Shown: in pieces, positions 40,104 to 53,009 of the stretch
How the letters are laid out: every line of letters begins with the position of its first letter
Position numbering within the stretch: the stretch's first letter is position 1
Origin: Octopus sinensis
Taxonomy: Eukaryota
DNA: 64,000 nucleotides
Direction of reading: 5' to 3'
Assembly (NCBI RefSeq): GCF_006345805.1
Contig: NW_021834222.1
Span: 1-64,000, forward strand
Made by a program: the position numbers and the translations under genes
The notes under the pieces: generated by a model
What the model was told of the DNA's origin: nothing
The model's input: the letters and a program-made list of their open reading frames with translations, nothing else
Databases searched by the model: none

Positions 40104-41649
40104 GTTTTAAATTAAAAAGTAAAAAGTTCAAAAGAATAGTTCACAAATTTCAAAAAGAAAAGAGAGAAATCAAAAGGAAACAAAAGAGAAAAAGAAAAAA
40201 AGCAAGCAGTTCAATAAAAAAGTCACAATAGAAGAAGAAAACAACAGTTCAAAAAAAAAAAACACAGCAAAAAATCTTCTGGAATTCAGGTAGTTAAAAC
40301 CCTATGGTACTCGATTAGAACCTGGACTGCAACCACTTGAAATTCAGCTTTCCAATTATTGGTAAATGTAGTTATAAAAATAACACACTATTTACAAACA
40401 GCGAGTAACTTTTGGTGGCAGGATACGTCACCAAACTATACTTCTCACGATGAGAAAAAATTTTCACTTTATGTGACACTTGAAATACACAGCTTTCCAA
40501 TATGGTAATGTTGTATAAACATACATTATTAAAAAAGTGAACAACTTTTGGTGAAGAATACGCCCCCAACTGTACTTCTCACAATGAGAAAAAATTTTTC
40601 ATTAAATGTGAACAATATTGCTGAACCGCAAGCAGACCAACATCCTCAATCCAGTGAGGACTCCTTGTTTTTAAAAAATATAACTACAGACAACAACCCC
40701 CCCTGGACCTAAGAGACAAAAGGCTTACCCTGCAGCAATTTCTTTGCAGGCTAACACTGCCGGCTATCTTCTTCAGTGCACAGCACAATCACACATGTGT
40801 ACGCTGACAACAAAGACTCATGGGAAGTCCCAAAGACTCATGGGAAGTATGCAGGCTACTTAGCAGCAAGCTACTTACCACACAACTACGCCTGTATAAT
40901 TAGTGGCAATATAAACCCAAAGATTTATGAATTATGTTAATGAATTATGAATAACTTAAAAATCTCTCCCTCCTGCAAAACTGTAAGATGGTAAATAGCA
41001 CATAAACTCCAATTTCTGACATTCGGACTGGATATGAATCTGAAACCTGTCATATGCTGGGTGACCGTTTAACACAACGCCAGCCATTGATATTATGTCA
41101 TGTTACGTCACGTGGTAAATATCACTGAATTGGTGGCAGCTCTTTGTATCAAGAATTGCCAATGTTTTATAAACTCTGACATATATGAAGGTTTGTGGCT
41201 CTCGGTTCATTCTCCCTGTCACGGAACGTCTCGTTGTCATGTATAGCAAGCTGGGGGGTGCGGTAGAACACACAACTACTAAACCTAAAAAAATTAACAA
41301 CTCTATCTACTAAATAACAACTCTACCTAACTACCTACCTACCTACCTACCTACCTACTACCTACCTACATACATACATACATCATACATACATAATACA
41401 TGCATACATACCTACCTACGTACCTACATACCTACTTACCTACCTGCCTGCCTGCCTGCCTGCCGCATGCCTACCTACCTACGTACCTACCTACGTACCT
41501 ATCTATGTACCTACCTACGTACCTACCTACGTACCTACGTACCTACTGGCCTACCTACCTACCTACCTACCTACCTACCTACCTACCAACCAACCTATCT
41601 ATCTATCTATCTGTCTGTCTATCTATATGTATATGTCTCTCTCTTTCTT

Positions 41650-41694
<45 letters not shown>

Positions 41695-42177
41695 GTGTAT
41701 ATATATGTTTGTGTATGTATATATATATGGCATATATATATATAATATATATATATTATATATATATGTGTGTGTGTGTGTGTGTATATTATATGTGTGT
41801 GTGTATATACATATATATGCATTCACACATATATCTATGTGTGTGTATGTATATATGTATATATATATATATGCATACACACATATATATGAGAGATAGA
41901 TAGATAGATAGAGAAAGCGAGAAAGATGGCGAGAGAGGGGGAGGACGAGAATTAAAGCAATTGTTATGAACTCAGTGTTAATGAATTAGGTCGCCGTTTG
42001 TGAGACAGATGAAGAAAAAGGCAGAAAGTTTCGGGTTATTTAACGGTTCTGTAGAGCTTCCGATATTTACCGTTAGATGGAGCCGCGATCATCCATCCAT
42101 TTGAATCGTACGACAACCTGTTGTTAAACTTTGCAACCACCACCATCATCACACCCCCACTACTACTACTACTACTA

Positions 42178-42218
<41 letters not shown>

Positions 42219-42436
42219 GTGGTTGTATTGATGTTAAAGTGTTATATCACAAGTCATTTCCTCAAGTCTTTCACTCAGATCTTTCTGATTGCAGCAGGAG
42301 GTCGTTATCAGGCGCTCGAGTCAGCTGCTTGTGCGGGAGAGAGGAGAGAGAGAGAGAGAGAGAGAGAGGAAACCGGGAGAGAAAGTAGGAAAGATAAGAC
42401 GAGAGAGAGAGAGAGAAGTAAAATAAAGGTAAAATT

Positions 42437-42483
<47 letters not shown>

Positions 42484-42792
42484 GTGGAAAGAGAAGAAAT
42501 TTTAGTTTTGGAAATATCAAATATTGCAACGGATTTCCTTTACTTTAGCTCTATCAACTTCAATATAAATTCCAAACACATACAAACGGCGTCTTTCAAA
42601 TCTCCAACACACACACACACACACACGACCTCCTTCTCTCTCTTTCTCACATCCATCTCTTTTATTTGTACGTATCTTGGCTACAGTTATGTTAGTTCTA
42701 ATACGTTTCTACACCCAACATATTTCATACAAACACAACCATACACATACTCATCCATGCTACACAACACATACACAACATACATAAGAGTC

Positions 42793-42840
<48 letters not shown>

Positions 42841-43236
42841 TGCATATATACATACATATGCACACACAAATCTATGTATTTATGTATCACCTTTTCTATA
42901 ATTCATTGAGATTCCTTGGACAAGATCAAAAGTTGATCTTGAACTAAGAGACAAGATTCTTTTGTCGCTGCTTAATTCGATCATAAATTTAATCAGACTT
43001 GAATATTTTCCAAAGTTTTGCAGTTTGACCATTCCAGTAATCGATTGAATTTATAGAATTCAACTGAAACGATTTGCTCCTTTCTTTCAACGACTGCAGT
43101 GTTTCAAGATTATGTTGTTGAAATTTGTTGCTGTAAAAAACTGAAAGTTTGGAAGTAGAAGTAAACCAATACTAATTTCAAGCCCGATTTAAGAATCGAA
43201 CTCTCGACCAGAAAAATCAACGCTAATAACTATACC

Positions 43237-43468
43237 TATTTCTTTACTACCTAGAAGGGGCTAAACGCAGAGGACAAACAAGGACAGACACACGGATTAA
43301 GTCGATTATATCGACCCCAGTGCGTAACTGGTACTTATTTAATCGATCCCGAAAGGGTGAAAGGCAAAGTCGACCTCGGCGGAATTTGAACTCAGAACGT
43401 AACGGCAGACGAAATACCGCTAAGCATTTCGCCCGGCGTGCTAACGTTTCTGCCAACACACCACCTTG
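43237..43468 (-). mobile_element. SINE family A monomer
   Basis: 19-bp TSD CAACGCTAATAACTATACC at 43218-43236 and 43469-43487. Confidence 0.92.
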
Positions 43469-43894
43469 CAACGCTAATAACTATACCGTACGACTTCACC
43501 AATGGGAACTTGTGAGTGATTTAGATTTTAGGGAAAAAAACGTGAAATTCCTTTGGTCATATAAAGCTTGTCATGGAGTAGCAACGTGTTGGTGCGGATG
43601 GCATCGTAGATCACCATTTCCATGTTGTACAATCCTTGTCGTTGAGATCTTGCAATACCAGCAGCAGCAGTAGTAGTAGGAGCAGCAGCAGCACGAAGCT
43701 TTATTAATTACTTGCATGACAGCAAAGTTTCTGACCCGTTAATTACTAATGAGTACGAAGACGAGGACGACAATAAGGACCAACACTCAGCAGAATTCGT
43801 ACTGAGTAAGGGTCAGACTCACCTGAATCTAAACATGACTCTTTGAAATCCCTTTAAAGTCTTGTGTCACAACAATTTCACTATTAATTCACAA

Positions 43895-44165
43895 ATGAAG
43901 GCGCGTGGATCAGTGGTTAGGGTTTTCGGCTCACAATCGTAAGATTGTGCAAGACGCTTCATTTCCCATTGCTCCAGTCCACTCAGCTGACAAAAATGAG
44001 TTGTACCTGTGGGGCCGGCCTTGCATGTTCTCAATCTGACTTTCCCAGAGAACTACGTTGAGGGAACGCGTGCCTGTAGAGCGCTCAGCCACTTGCACGT
44101 TAACTTCAAGAGCAGGCTGTTCCGTTGATCGTACCAACTCGAAGCTCATCGTCGTAACCGACGGA
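43895..44165 (+). mobile_element. SINE family C (diverged)
   Basis: tRNA-like head and CTCAGCCACTTGCACGTTAA body. Confidence 0.75.
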
Positions 44166-45535
44166 GGACCAGTTATTAATTCACAGAGATGGAATGAAGC
44201 TTGGAGGTCAGTGTTTGTCATTAATTTTTCTGACAAAATATATTTTCAAGTTCATTTAGGAATTAATTTCCCACAAATACACCACTGATAGTAGAGTGTT
44301 GTTTCAGTGTTTTAAATATTTCTGAGCCCACTATTTTGATATCACTAAAGACCAATACCAGAGGAAGTCTGGGTAGCGGGTTCAAATCAGTTAAGATTCA
44401 ATCTAATGTTTTAAGTTGTTTAGTTCCATCCCGTTATATTCTAATTCCAAACAATTCATTACAGATTCTACTTTTTACTCTTCAGGCATCGCTAAAGACA
44501 ATCCCTAGCGTTGAGGTGCTAAAGTTGGTGTACAAAATTTTCCGGGGATCTTTAAATTCTTAGTTTATGTCTCGCAAAGGTCTATTTTATTTTTATCTTC
44601 CTGAAGTTGATAAAAAAATACCATTCAAAAATCGTGGGGTGGATAACATAACGTGACTTTTTATTCTTGATTCCTAAGACTCATAAGACCTGCTTTTAAT
44701 GGCGTACAAGTGCCCGAGATCACAACGTGCCCACTGAACGCAAAGCCGGTCTGTTGCAAGGTTCAACACCATCATTTCTGAGGGGAGGGACAAGTCGATT
44801 ACATCGACCCTAGTAATTGACAGTAAATTCTATTTTTTTTTTGTTTTTCTACCTACCCCTTAAAGATGAAAGGTACAGTTAGCTTCGGTGGCATTTGAAC
44901 TTGGAACGCTTTGACATTAACTGATGCCCACCCCCACCAAATTACTGGCCCAGTGTTTATACAACTTTTTTTTTTTATTTAGGAACGGATTAAATACTTT
45001 GTGGTAATTAGCAACAACTCTATGTCCCGAGTTCAAATCTCACCGAAATTAATTTTGCATTTTATTCTTTGATTCTCTTTACAATAAAGTACCAGTAATA
45101 CACTGAGGTCTCTTTAATCACCTGACCCTTGATGGCAGCGTTAGAAATCAATATTAAAAAATATTTATAATTATTCCTGTTAATGAGGTGAATACCAAAA
45201 TCAAAGATCGAGCAATGTGTGACCCTGTTTAATTTTAAATCTTACTTTCAGCGTTCAAATCCTGCCCAGGTTCACCTAAGCCTCTCACATCTTCCAGTTC
45301 CATAAGATAAATGTCTAAATATTGGAGTCAATAATAATTGGCACCATTCCGTTTGTCGCGACGTTCCGAGTTCAAATTCCGCCGAGGTCGATTTTGCCTT
45401 TCATCCTTTCGGGATCGAAGAAATAAGTACCAGTTATGTACTAGGGATCAATATAATCGACTGGCCCCCTCCCCACAAAATTTCGAGCCATGTGACTATA
45501 GCTGAAAAAAGGATTATGATAGTTCAATGATATTG

Positions 45536-46315
45536 GCGAGCTGGCAGAAACGTTAGCACGCCGGACGAAATGCTTAGCGGTATTTCGTCTGTCTTTAGGT
45601 TCTGAGTTCAAATTCCGCCGAGGTCGACTTTGCCTCTCATCCTTTCGGGGTCGATTAAATAAGTACCAGTTACGCACTGGGGTCGATGTAACCGACTAAT
45701 CCGTTTGTCTGTCCATGTTTGTCCCCTCTGTGTTTAGCCTCTTGTGGGCAATAAAGAAATAGGTATTTCGTCTGCCGCTACGTTCTGAGTTCAAATTCCG
45801 CCGAGGTCGATTTTGCCTTTCATGCTTTCGGGGTCGATTAAATAAGTACCAGTTACGCACTGGGGTCGATGTAATCGACTTAATCCGTTTGTCTGTCCTT
45901 GTTTGTCCTCTCTGTGTTTAGCCCCTTGTGGGTAGTAAAGAAATAGGTATTTCGTCTGCCGCTACGTTCTGAGTTCAAATTCCGCTGATATCGATTTTGC
46001 CTTTCATCCTTTCGGGGTCGATTAAATAAGTACCAGTTACGCACTGGGGTCGATGTAATCGACTTAATCCGTTTGTCTGTCCTTGTTTGTCCTCTCTGTG
46101 TTTAGCCCCTTGTGGGTAGTAAAGAAATAGGTATTTCGTCTGCCGCTACGTTCTGAGTTCAAATTCCGCTGATGTCGATTTTGCCTTTCATCCTTTCGGG
46201 GTCGATTAAATAAGTACCAGTTACGCACTGGGGTCGATGTAATCGACTTAATCCGTTTGTCTGTCCTTGTTTGTCCCCCTCTGTGTTTAGCCCCTTGTGG
46301 ATAGTAAAGAAATAG
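45536..46315 (+). mobile_element. SINE family A tetramer (head plus four 183-184-bp units)
   Basis: Units start at 45580, 45763, 45947 and 46131. Confidence 0.92.
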
Positions 46316-46359
46316 GAATTATTAACGATGGGGATGATGGCGGCGACGACGTCAATGAT

Positions 46360-46581
46360 AATGGTATTGATGACGATGATGATGATGATGATGATGATGA
46401 CGACGACGACGACGACGACGATGATGATGATGAACGACAACAACGACGACAACAACCACGACGTCGAATGACTCTAAGGACAGTTATGATGTTTATCCTC
46501 TCCCCTCCACTTCCACTTCCTTCTCACTTCGCTACCCAAAACATTATTCTTATCATCAACATCACCGCCACCATCACCTCC

Positions 46582-46640
<59 letters not shown>
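46360..46640. repeat. (GAT)n/(GAC)n and (ATT)n microsatellites
   Basis: Directly visible. Confidence 0.9.
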
Positions 46641-46759
46641 CCTCTTCAATATTATTGTAGCGTTAATGAGGTGCGGCTGCGGTGAATTTAGACCAAAGGA
46701 ACCGAAATATAACAACGACAACAAACAACTCAAACAAAAAAGAAAAAACTAAAAGAAAA

Positions 46760-46810
46760 GGGTCAGAGGTCAGTTGTAATTGGTTACGTTTCATTAGCGG
46801 TCAAAGGTTT
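46760..46810 (+). promoter_or_regulatory. candidate nuclear-receptor DR1 sites
   Basis: GGGTCA-G-AGGTCA (46760-46772) and CGGTCA-A-AGGTTT (46798-46810) in unique sequence; motif match only. Confidence 0.3.
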
Positions 46811-47202
46811 TTTAAAGCGTTTTTGTTGTTGCTGTGGTTTGTGTTTTTTGCGGTTTACCACTGTGCACGGATGACGGCGGCGTGGGTGGGGGTGGTGCAG
46901 GGGGAGAGTCAGCGATGGCAGTCTTTAAAGAACATTTTAAGGATGACCAGGAATGGCTCGCCAACACCCCGCCCCCCCACTCCCGCGCACCCACACCGCC
47001 GCTCCTCCCTCGTCTCCTTTTGTCTACTTAGCATTAGCATCAGCTTCTTGTACTGCTCTCCCTTCTTCTCTCTGGCAATTTACATACGTACACACACACA
47101 CACACACATACGCACACGCACGAACACACATAAACACACGCATACACACCCACACGCACATGTGTGTGTGCACGTGTGTGTATGTATGTGTATATAGATA
47201 TA

Positions 47203-47246
<44 letters not shown>

Positions 47247-47296
47247 CAGATAGATATAGGTTTGTATGTGTGTGTGTGTGTGTGTGCCTATATATC

Positions 47297-47328
<32 letters not shown>

Positions 47329-47454
47329 GGAGAGAGAGAGAGAGAGAGAGAGAGACGGCGATGGGTAGGTAGGTATGTGTATGAAAGTTGATGTTCGGGT
47401 ATATGTCCGAAAATGTGTATATAAGACATGTTTGAGTTCACGGAAGCGAACATT

Positions 47455-47534
<80 letters not shown>

Positions 47535-47704
47535 TGAAATAGTAGAAAAGGGTGAGAGAGAGAGAGAATGAGAAAGAAAGAGCTGTAGAGTCTCAGAAAA
47601 GGAAAGCGAAAGAGGAGAGAGATGTAGTTGTAGAGAAAGAAAGAGAAAGCGAGCGAGTGAGAGAGAGAAGAGAGAGAGGGGGAAAGAGAGGGAGAAAGGG
47701 AAGA

Positions 47705-47735
<31 letters not shown>

Positions 47736-48578
47736 AGAGAGAGAGAGAGAAAAGAGAGAGAGAGAGATGCCGAAGGTGTAGTAAGTTGTTCGTTCGTTGT
47801 TCGCTGAAAGATATGTAATTAAGTTAAATAACATCCGTGAGGTAATTACGCTTTTTATTGGCAACTCCGCCCTTAATGATTACAAATTGAGGAGGACTTT
47901 CGGGGTGGAAGGGGCAGGAGGAAAAGAAGGGGACGTCTGTAGTCAGCAGGGATCAGATGAAAGAAAGAGACAGAGAGAGAGAGAGAGAGAGAGATTAGGG
48001 ATGAAAGTTTAGGGATGAGGCGGAGGAGAAAGGAGAGTACTTGAGAACTGCATGAGAGAAAAAACACGTGTGAGTATTGTGATGATTAGGGGACAATATT
48101 GGAGTTGGCTGTGTGTATGTATGTATGTATATGCGCATATCTGTGTATTTGTGCGTGTGTGTGTGCATGTGTGTGTGTGCGTGTGCGTGCGTGTGTGTGT
48201 GTATACATATGTATGGATGTGTGTGAGTATATGGATGTGTGTACGTGTCTGTAGATGCGTACGTATGTATATGGTGTATGGATGTGTATTTGTATATATA
48301 TATATATGTGTGTGTGTGTGTGAGTGTGTGTGTGTGAATGTAGGTATATACTTTTGTGTGAATGTATGTATATATCTGAAAGATCGTGTGAGTGAGTGTC
48401 TGCGAATATATATATGTTAATTCATCTTTGTATGTATGTATATATATATTATATATATGTATGTACCCGTGTGTGTGTGTATGTCTGTATGTATCTTGTT
48501 TGCAAATATTTCTTTCTGCGTCTGTTGGTGTCTGTATTATGAGGGTGTGTGTGTTTGTGTTACTCCGTGTGTGTGTTG

Positions 48579-48609
<31 letters not shown>

Positions 48610-48633
48610 TGTGGTGTGTGTGTGTATGTGCTT

Positions 48634-48700
48634 GCAGCCATGGCCGAATGGTTAAGCAGTTTACTCGTCGTCAGGAATTAAAGGTCCTTGGTTGGGTTCA
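48634..48700 (+). other. tRNA(Ser)-like 5' fragment or SINE head
   Basis: GCAGCCATGGCCGAATGGTTAAG resembles a tRNA 5' arm with A box; no cloverleaf 3' half. Confidence 0.3.
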
Positions 48701-49374
48701 CAACGCAGCTCGACAATATTTTATGGCGAATGAAGTACTCAATACATGGCGCTGAAAAACGTTTGGTTTGTTTCGTTGTATTCTTTTCTGTTGACTCACC
48801 TTTCACCTCACAAACGTCTCGCTCGGGAATCGCTGTTGTGTGAAATTCGAATCGACCTACGGAAAAAGAAATCAGTTTAAAAACACTACATACATATATA
48901 CCCACATTTAGCAGTCTCTGTATACATACATGCATACAAACATACATACATGCATACATACCTATATACACACATAGCTACATACATACATACATGTGTA
49001 CACACATGTGTACACACATGTGTACTTGAGTACATGCATATATATATATATACACACACACGCGTACAAAGGAAAACGATTAACTTAACTGGATTTTTCG
49101 TAAACCTTATTATATACCTCTTCGTTTTGCTATCATCTCTAAGGAAGACCTTAACCTGTTAAACAAATCCTTTGAAATATACAAACTTTTGAGAAAGAAT
49201 ATATAACATTTAGGGAATTGTTGCAACTGCATTGGGAAGCGCTTTTGCCTGTTAATCCTGGTTTCGACAGTTTATACAGATTATTGAAGCGGTAAAATTT
49301 TGGGTGAAGCTATCTATAGCTTTGATAGAAACGTTGTGTCTATCAAAGGTTTTAGTATATCGATGGTCTATAAG

Positions 49375-49633
49375 CAGTGTTTCTTAACCATTTTTTTTTA
49401 CCTACGGATCTCTTTGATTCCTTTTTTACTCGGATGGATCTCCATAACCATTCCATGTTTAAAAATTTCTATTATATTTTTATAATGAAATATTATTAGT
49501 AATTTTATATGGAAATTGTTCGAATATGTTTTTGAACTGTAGAAGTCTAACCACTTTATGGAGCATAGATTTTAAAAAGAAAAATCTTGTATGGACCGCT
49601 AAGGGCCAAATGGATCCAAACTGAGAACCACTG
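49375..49633. mobile_element. hAT-like MITE
   Basis: Termini CAGTGTTTCTTAAC / GAGAACCACTG; no clear 8-bp TSD. Confidence 0.55.
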
Positions 49634-49972
49634 CTCCATGGGTTATTCATAAACTTTAGAAAAATCCGGACTATATTAGAATGTTCAAATTTTATCAGGA
49701 TTTTCCTAAACCTTACAAATCAGATGAAACAGGAACGAAAAGTTGGTAGGGTGGGTGTGAGCTATTCCCTTAAGTTTGAAAGCTGAGAGTTTTAGAGAAG
49801 GACAAACGAAAAGTCATGACTTTCATGCATCTCCTGCGGGGATTAGGGGATTAGCATAAAAAAGAAGAGAAAGAGAGAGAGAGAGAGAGAGAGTAAAAAA
49901 GAAAGAAATGTGAAAAGAAACAAATCCAAATGGCAAGTGAAACCGATTATAATGGCACGCCTTGGTGACTGT

Positions 49973-50006
<34 letters not shown>

Positions 50007-51293
50007 ACAACAACAACAACGAAAACAACAACAACGACAACGACAATTAATTTCAATGATTTTGCTGATAATTTGGAAGTTGAATGTTTTGGAAGAAAAC
50101 AAGAGAAAGTCCAAAACAATAATAGAAATAAATGGTGCGTTACATGGAGAGGGTGACATTTATAGATTAAATCAAAGTTTGTAAATGTGTCTTTTGAAAG
50201 AACACCATGAAAAGGGTGACATGTGAAACACGTCAGTGAATGTTTGTTAACAGAGAAGTTAAATAGGAACGTCAGGATACGGAGAAGCCATCAACCTTTT
50301 AGAATAGAAAAGAAATTGTGTAAAACTAAACGTGGTGGTTTTTTCGAGTAAAACTAAGCAAGTTTCCTTCTTAATGAAACATTTGGAAAGGGAGCGATGT
50401 GAAATATCCCCAATTTCAATTCTTGTTGATTATAAGAAAGAAGATAATCAGAAAGGTTCCACTCTTGGAAATTAGAAAATATAACCAATGTACGTCTGAT
50501 TAATAATTTTCTCTCATTCTTCGGTAAATGAAATGATGTTTATGTTTCGGTAAGAAGGTCTAATAAGAGCAAAACATGTCCGCAGTTGTCTCCCATATTT
50601 GCTGAAAGAATTCGAATGATTAAATATGGTAACACTAACTTAACTGAAGCAAGAATTCATACTCTATTACCAACCAACAATATCCTACCGTTGAATAATG
50701 TATAACAGAAACAGACCAAAAAGCAGAGGCGGTAGAGCATCGGATAGAATGCTTCGCAGATATTTGTTTCCACTGTCAGCGCTCTCAGTTCATATCCCAT
50801 GAGGTCAAAATTGTCTTTCATCTCTTTGGGGGTTGATAAAAGAAGGCCAATCTCGCACAGTGGATTTGCAGATCTGTAAGAATGTCAGAGCGGGCGTCTT
50901 GCAATATTTTTCCGGCTCTTTACGTCGTGAATTGAAATATCTCCATGGCCGACTTTTGTAGTAACCCGGTTCCAAACTCGACATCAATATCTGGTACTTT
51001 GGGGCGTTTTCCTGGGATCCACTCTATTGTAAGCATTCGGACAAGTTTCTGGTTTGAAGATAAATTTCCCCCTTCCCACTAATCTAACAAGTCTTGTAGA
51101 AAGTCAGAGGGCACTGCCTTCTCTCCTGACTAAAAGATAAAAAGAAAAAGCATTCAGCCCAGCCCCTTAATTGTGTCATGGAAACAGAAATACGCGTGGT
51201 TTTGTATCTGCACCCTAAATTATTAAACGGCAAGACAAAGCTAACGACACGTTTGACAACAACAACAACAACAACAAAAACAACGTACACATA

Positions 51294-51558
51294 CAAGGTG
51301 TTCAAAAAGTCTCTCCGCAGTAAGTATTTTATTGTAAAATATTTATAAGATGCTATAAGACTACAAAAGAATATATTAGACTTTACAAGACTTAAAAAAG
51401 AAAAAAACCTTATAAGAGGTGTTGAAAGTATCGTCCTTCATTTTCAATACACAAATTGACTCTTCTACATATGTTTTGAAATACATATTGGAGAGTCTGA
51501 CTCTTGGAGAGACAAGATAAAAAAAAATTCACGGCGAAAAGATTTTTTGAACACCCTG
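51294..51558 (-). mobile_element. internally deleted Tc1/mariner element (MITE-like)
   Basis: TIRs CAAGGTGTTCAAAAA / TTTTTGAACACCCTG flanked by TA; C-terminal peptide VFQNICRRVNLCIENEGRYFQHLL*. Confidence 0.8.
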
Positions 51559-51846
51559 TATATTTTTCCATACCTTGGGCTTTATGAGTTGGTCTGTAGA
51601 AAGAGTCTGTGCCAAACAGTGCCATTCTCTGAATAGAGTTTGGTTAATTGTGAATCATGTCTGTCTGAGTCTAAGATTTTCTGCTGTCAATTATTTTATG
51701 ATAATTTCAGTTTTTCTTCCCTGTATTTCTACATTTAATATACGTATTCTATATTCGTATTAATATTATATATCTCTAAATTCTAAATATTTATACACCT
51801 AATATACTTCTGCATACGTTTTATTGTTGTATTCCATTTTTCTACA

Positions 51847-52037
51847 TCTATTATAATAAAAGCGAATTGTGTCTGTCTGGGACCCCTGTATCTCAGCCTA
51901 CATTTACTCTGCATAGACGTATTATACCATTTTAGAATCAGGATGATTCTTGGATTGAAAATTTGCCTTTCATTTGGTTCTTGAAATCCAGCATTGGGAT
52001 CTGATTTAAAAGCATTCGGGTTGCTATTTCTAGCTGG
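51847..52037 (+). mobile_element. possible non-autonomous Helitron
   Basis: A|TCTATTATAATAAAA...GTGTCTGTCTG 5' end and CTGG|T 3' end preceded by a weak 4-bp hairpin. Confidence 0.3.
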
Positions 52038-52329
52038 TAAAGCTTGGCTGATTCACGCCATCTTAGTTGGTGTTTCTCAGATGACGTCAGAGATCAAGGG
52101 GAAGATAAATTACATTCGCTTCGTTAATTTTACACCGAGATAAAAACTTTGAGACAAATTGGCCAACAGTTGGAATTCAACTTGGGACTGCAACAATAGA
52201 ATGATTGCATTAGAGAATTAATTCTCATCCATCCTTAACCTCTGGTCAAACACCACCAAGATAGAGAGTCATTATAGACGAATTATAGCCATGCTATTTA
52301 GCTCTCTTCAGTTTTGGGCCGCAGGCCCA

Positions 52330-52465
52330 ATTAGCTCTCCGCATGAGCTCTCCGCGTGAGCTCTCCGCGTGAGCTCTCCGCGTGAGCTCTCCGCATGAGC
52401 TCTCCGCATGAGCTCTCCGCATGAGCTCTCCGCATTAGCTCTCCGCATTAGCTCTCCGCATGAGC
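52330..52465. repeat. 13-bp GC-rich minisatellite (GAGCTCTCCGCAT), about 10 units
   Basis: Directly visible. Confidence 0.95.
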
Positions 52466-52726
52466 CAGCTTGAAAGTCCGTACGAAGTGCAGCTTTTAAG
52501 CTAATGCCATATATTTCTATAACGTATTCTATATTTTCTACATTTTTTGATAGATTCTATACTTGTATATTCTATTTGTACAGGAACTTGCAGAAGAAGA
52601 GCGATCAAAGAACAACTTCAGGGTTGCCGAGAAAGTATCTAGATGGCTCTGATTGAAAAGAGGTGATCGGGTAGCGCAGTAGAATGTCGTTTGGATCTGA
52701 GCCAAGGCTTGATTAACCTAGGTCTG

Positions 52727-52774
52727 GTCACCTGTATGAAGGTGTCTGTTGTAAGAGCCGAAACAGCCAGTGAC
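52727..52774 (+). ncRNA. decayed hammerhead-like motif
   Basis: GTCAC-CTGTATGA-A-GG..TCT..AGA..CC-GAAA-CAGCCA-GTGAC; stems I and II pair, but the core has an insertion and stem III/NUH is defective. Confidence 0.25.
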
Positions 52775-53009
52775 TCCAGGACACTACACTGACGATGTAC
52801 CCATCTCTAGATGTATGTCGAACTTACATCTCTATTTATGTACAAATATTATTAATTTCGAAATTATATTTCGGTCTACATATTTCTATTTTCTAAAATG
52901 AGTTAAATTGTATTTAATTTTTACATTATAAATCTTTTGCATTTCATTTATTTCTACGATGTAATTTATTGCATATTTTGATTCTACGCATTATTCATTT
53001 CTACATTTC

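Larger units (their letters stand above)
34095..41690. repeat. ~3.82-kb tandem duplication (copy A about 34095-37912, copy B about 37913-41690)
   Basis: Collinear throughout; differences are mostly 1-bp indels. Confidence 0.92.

Noticed and set aside
46297-46752. Poly-Asp/Ile ORF
   Set aside because: Made of (GAT)n/(GAC)n/(ATT)n microsatellites.
47780-47805. miR-375-like TTGTTCGTTCG (and miR-281-like TGTCATGGAG at about 43570)
   Set aside because: Only 10-11 nt of similarity to remembered mature sequences, and no precursor hairpin.
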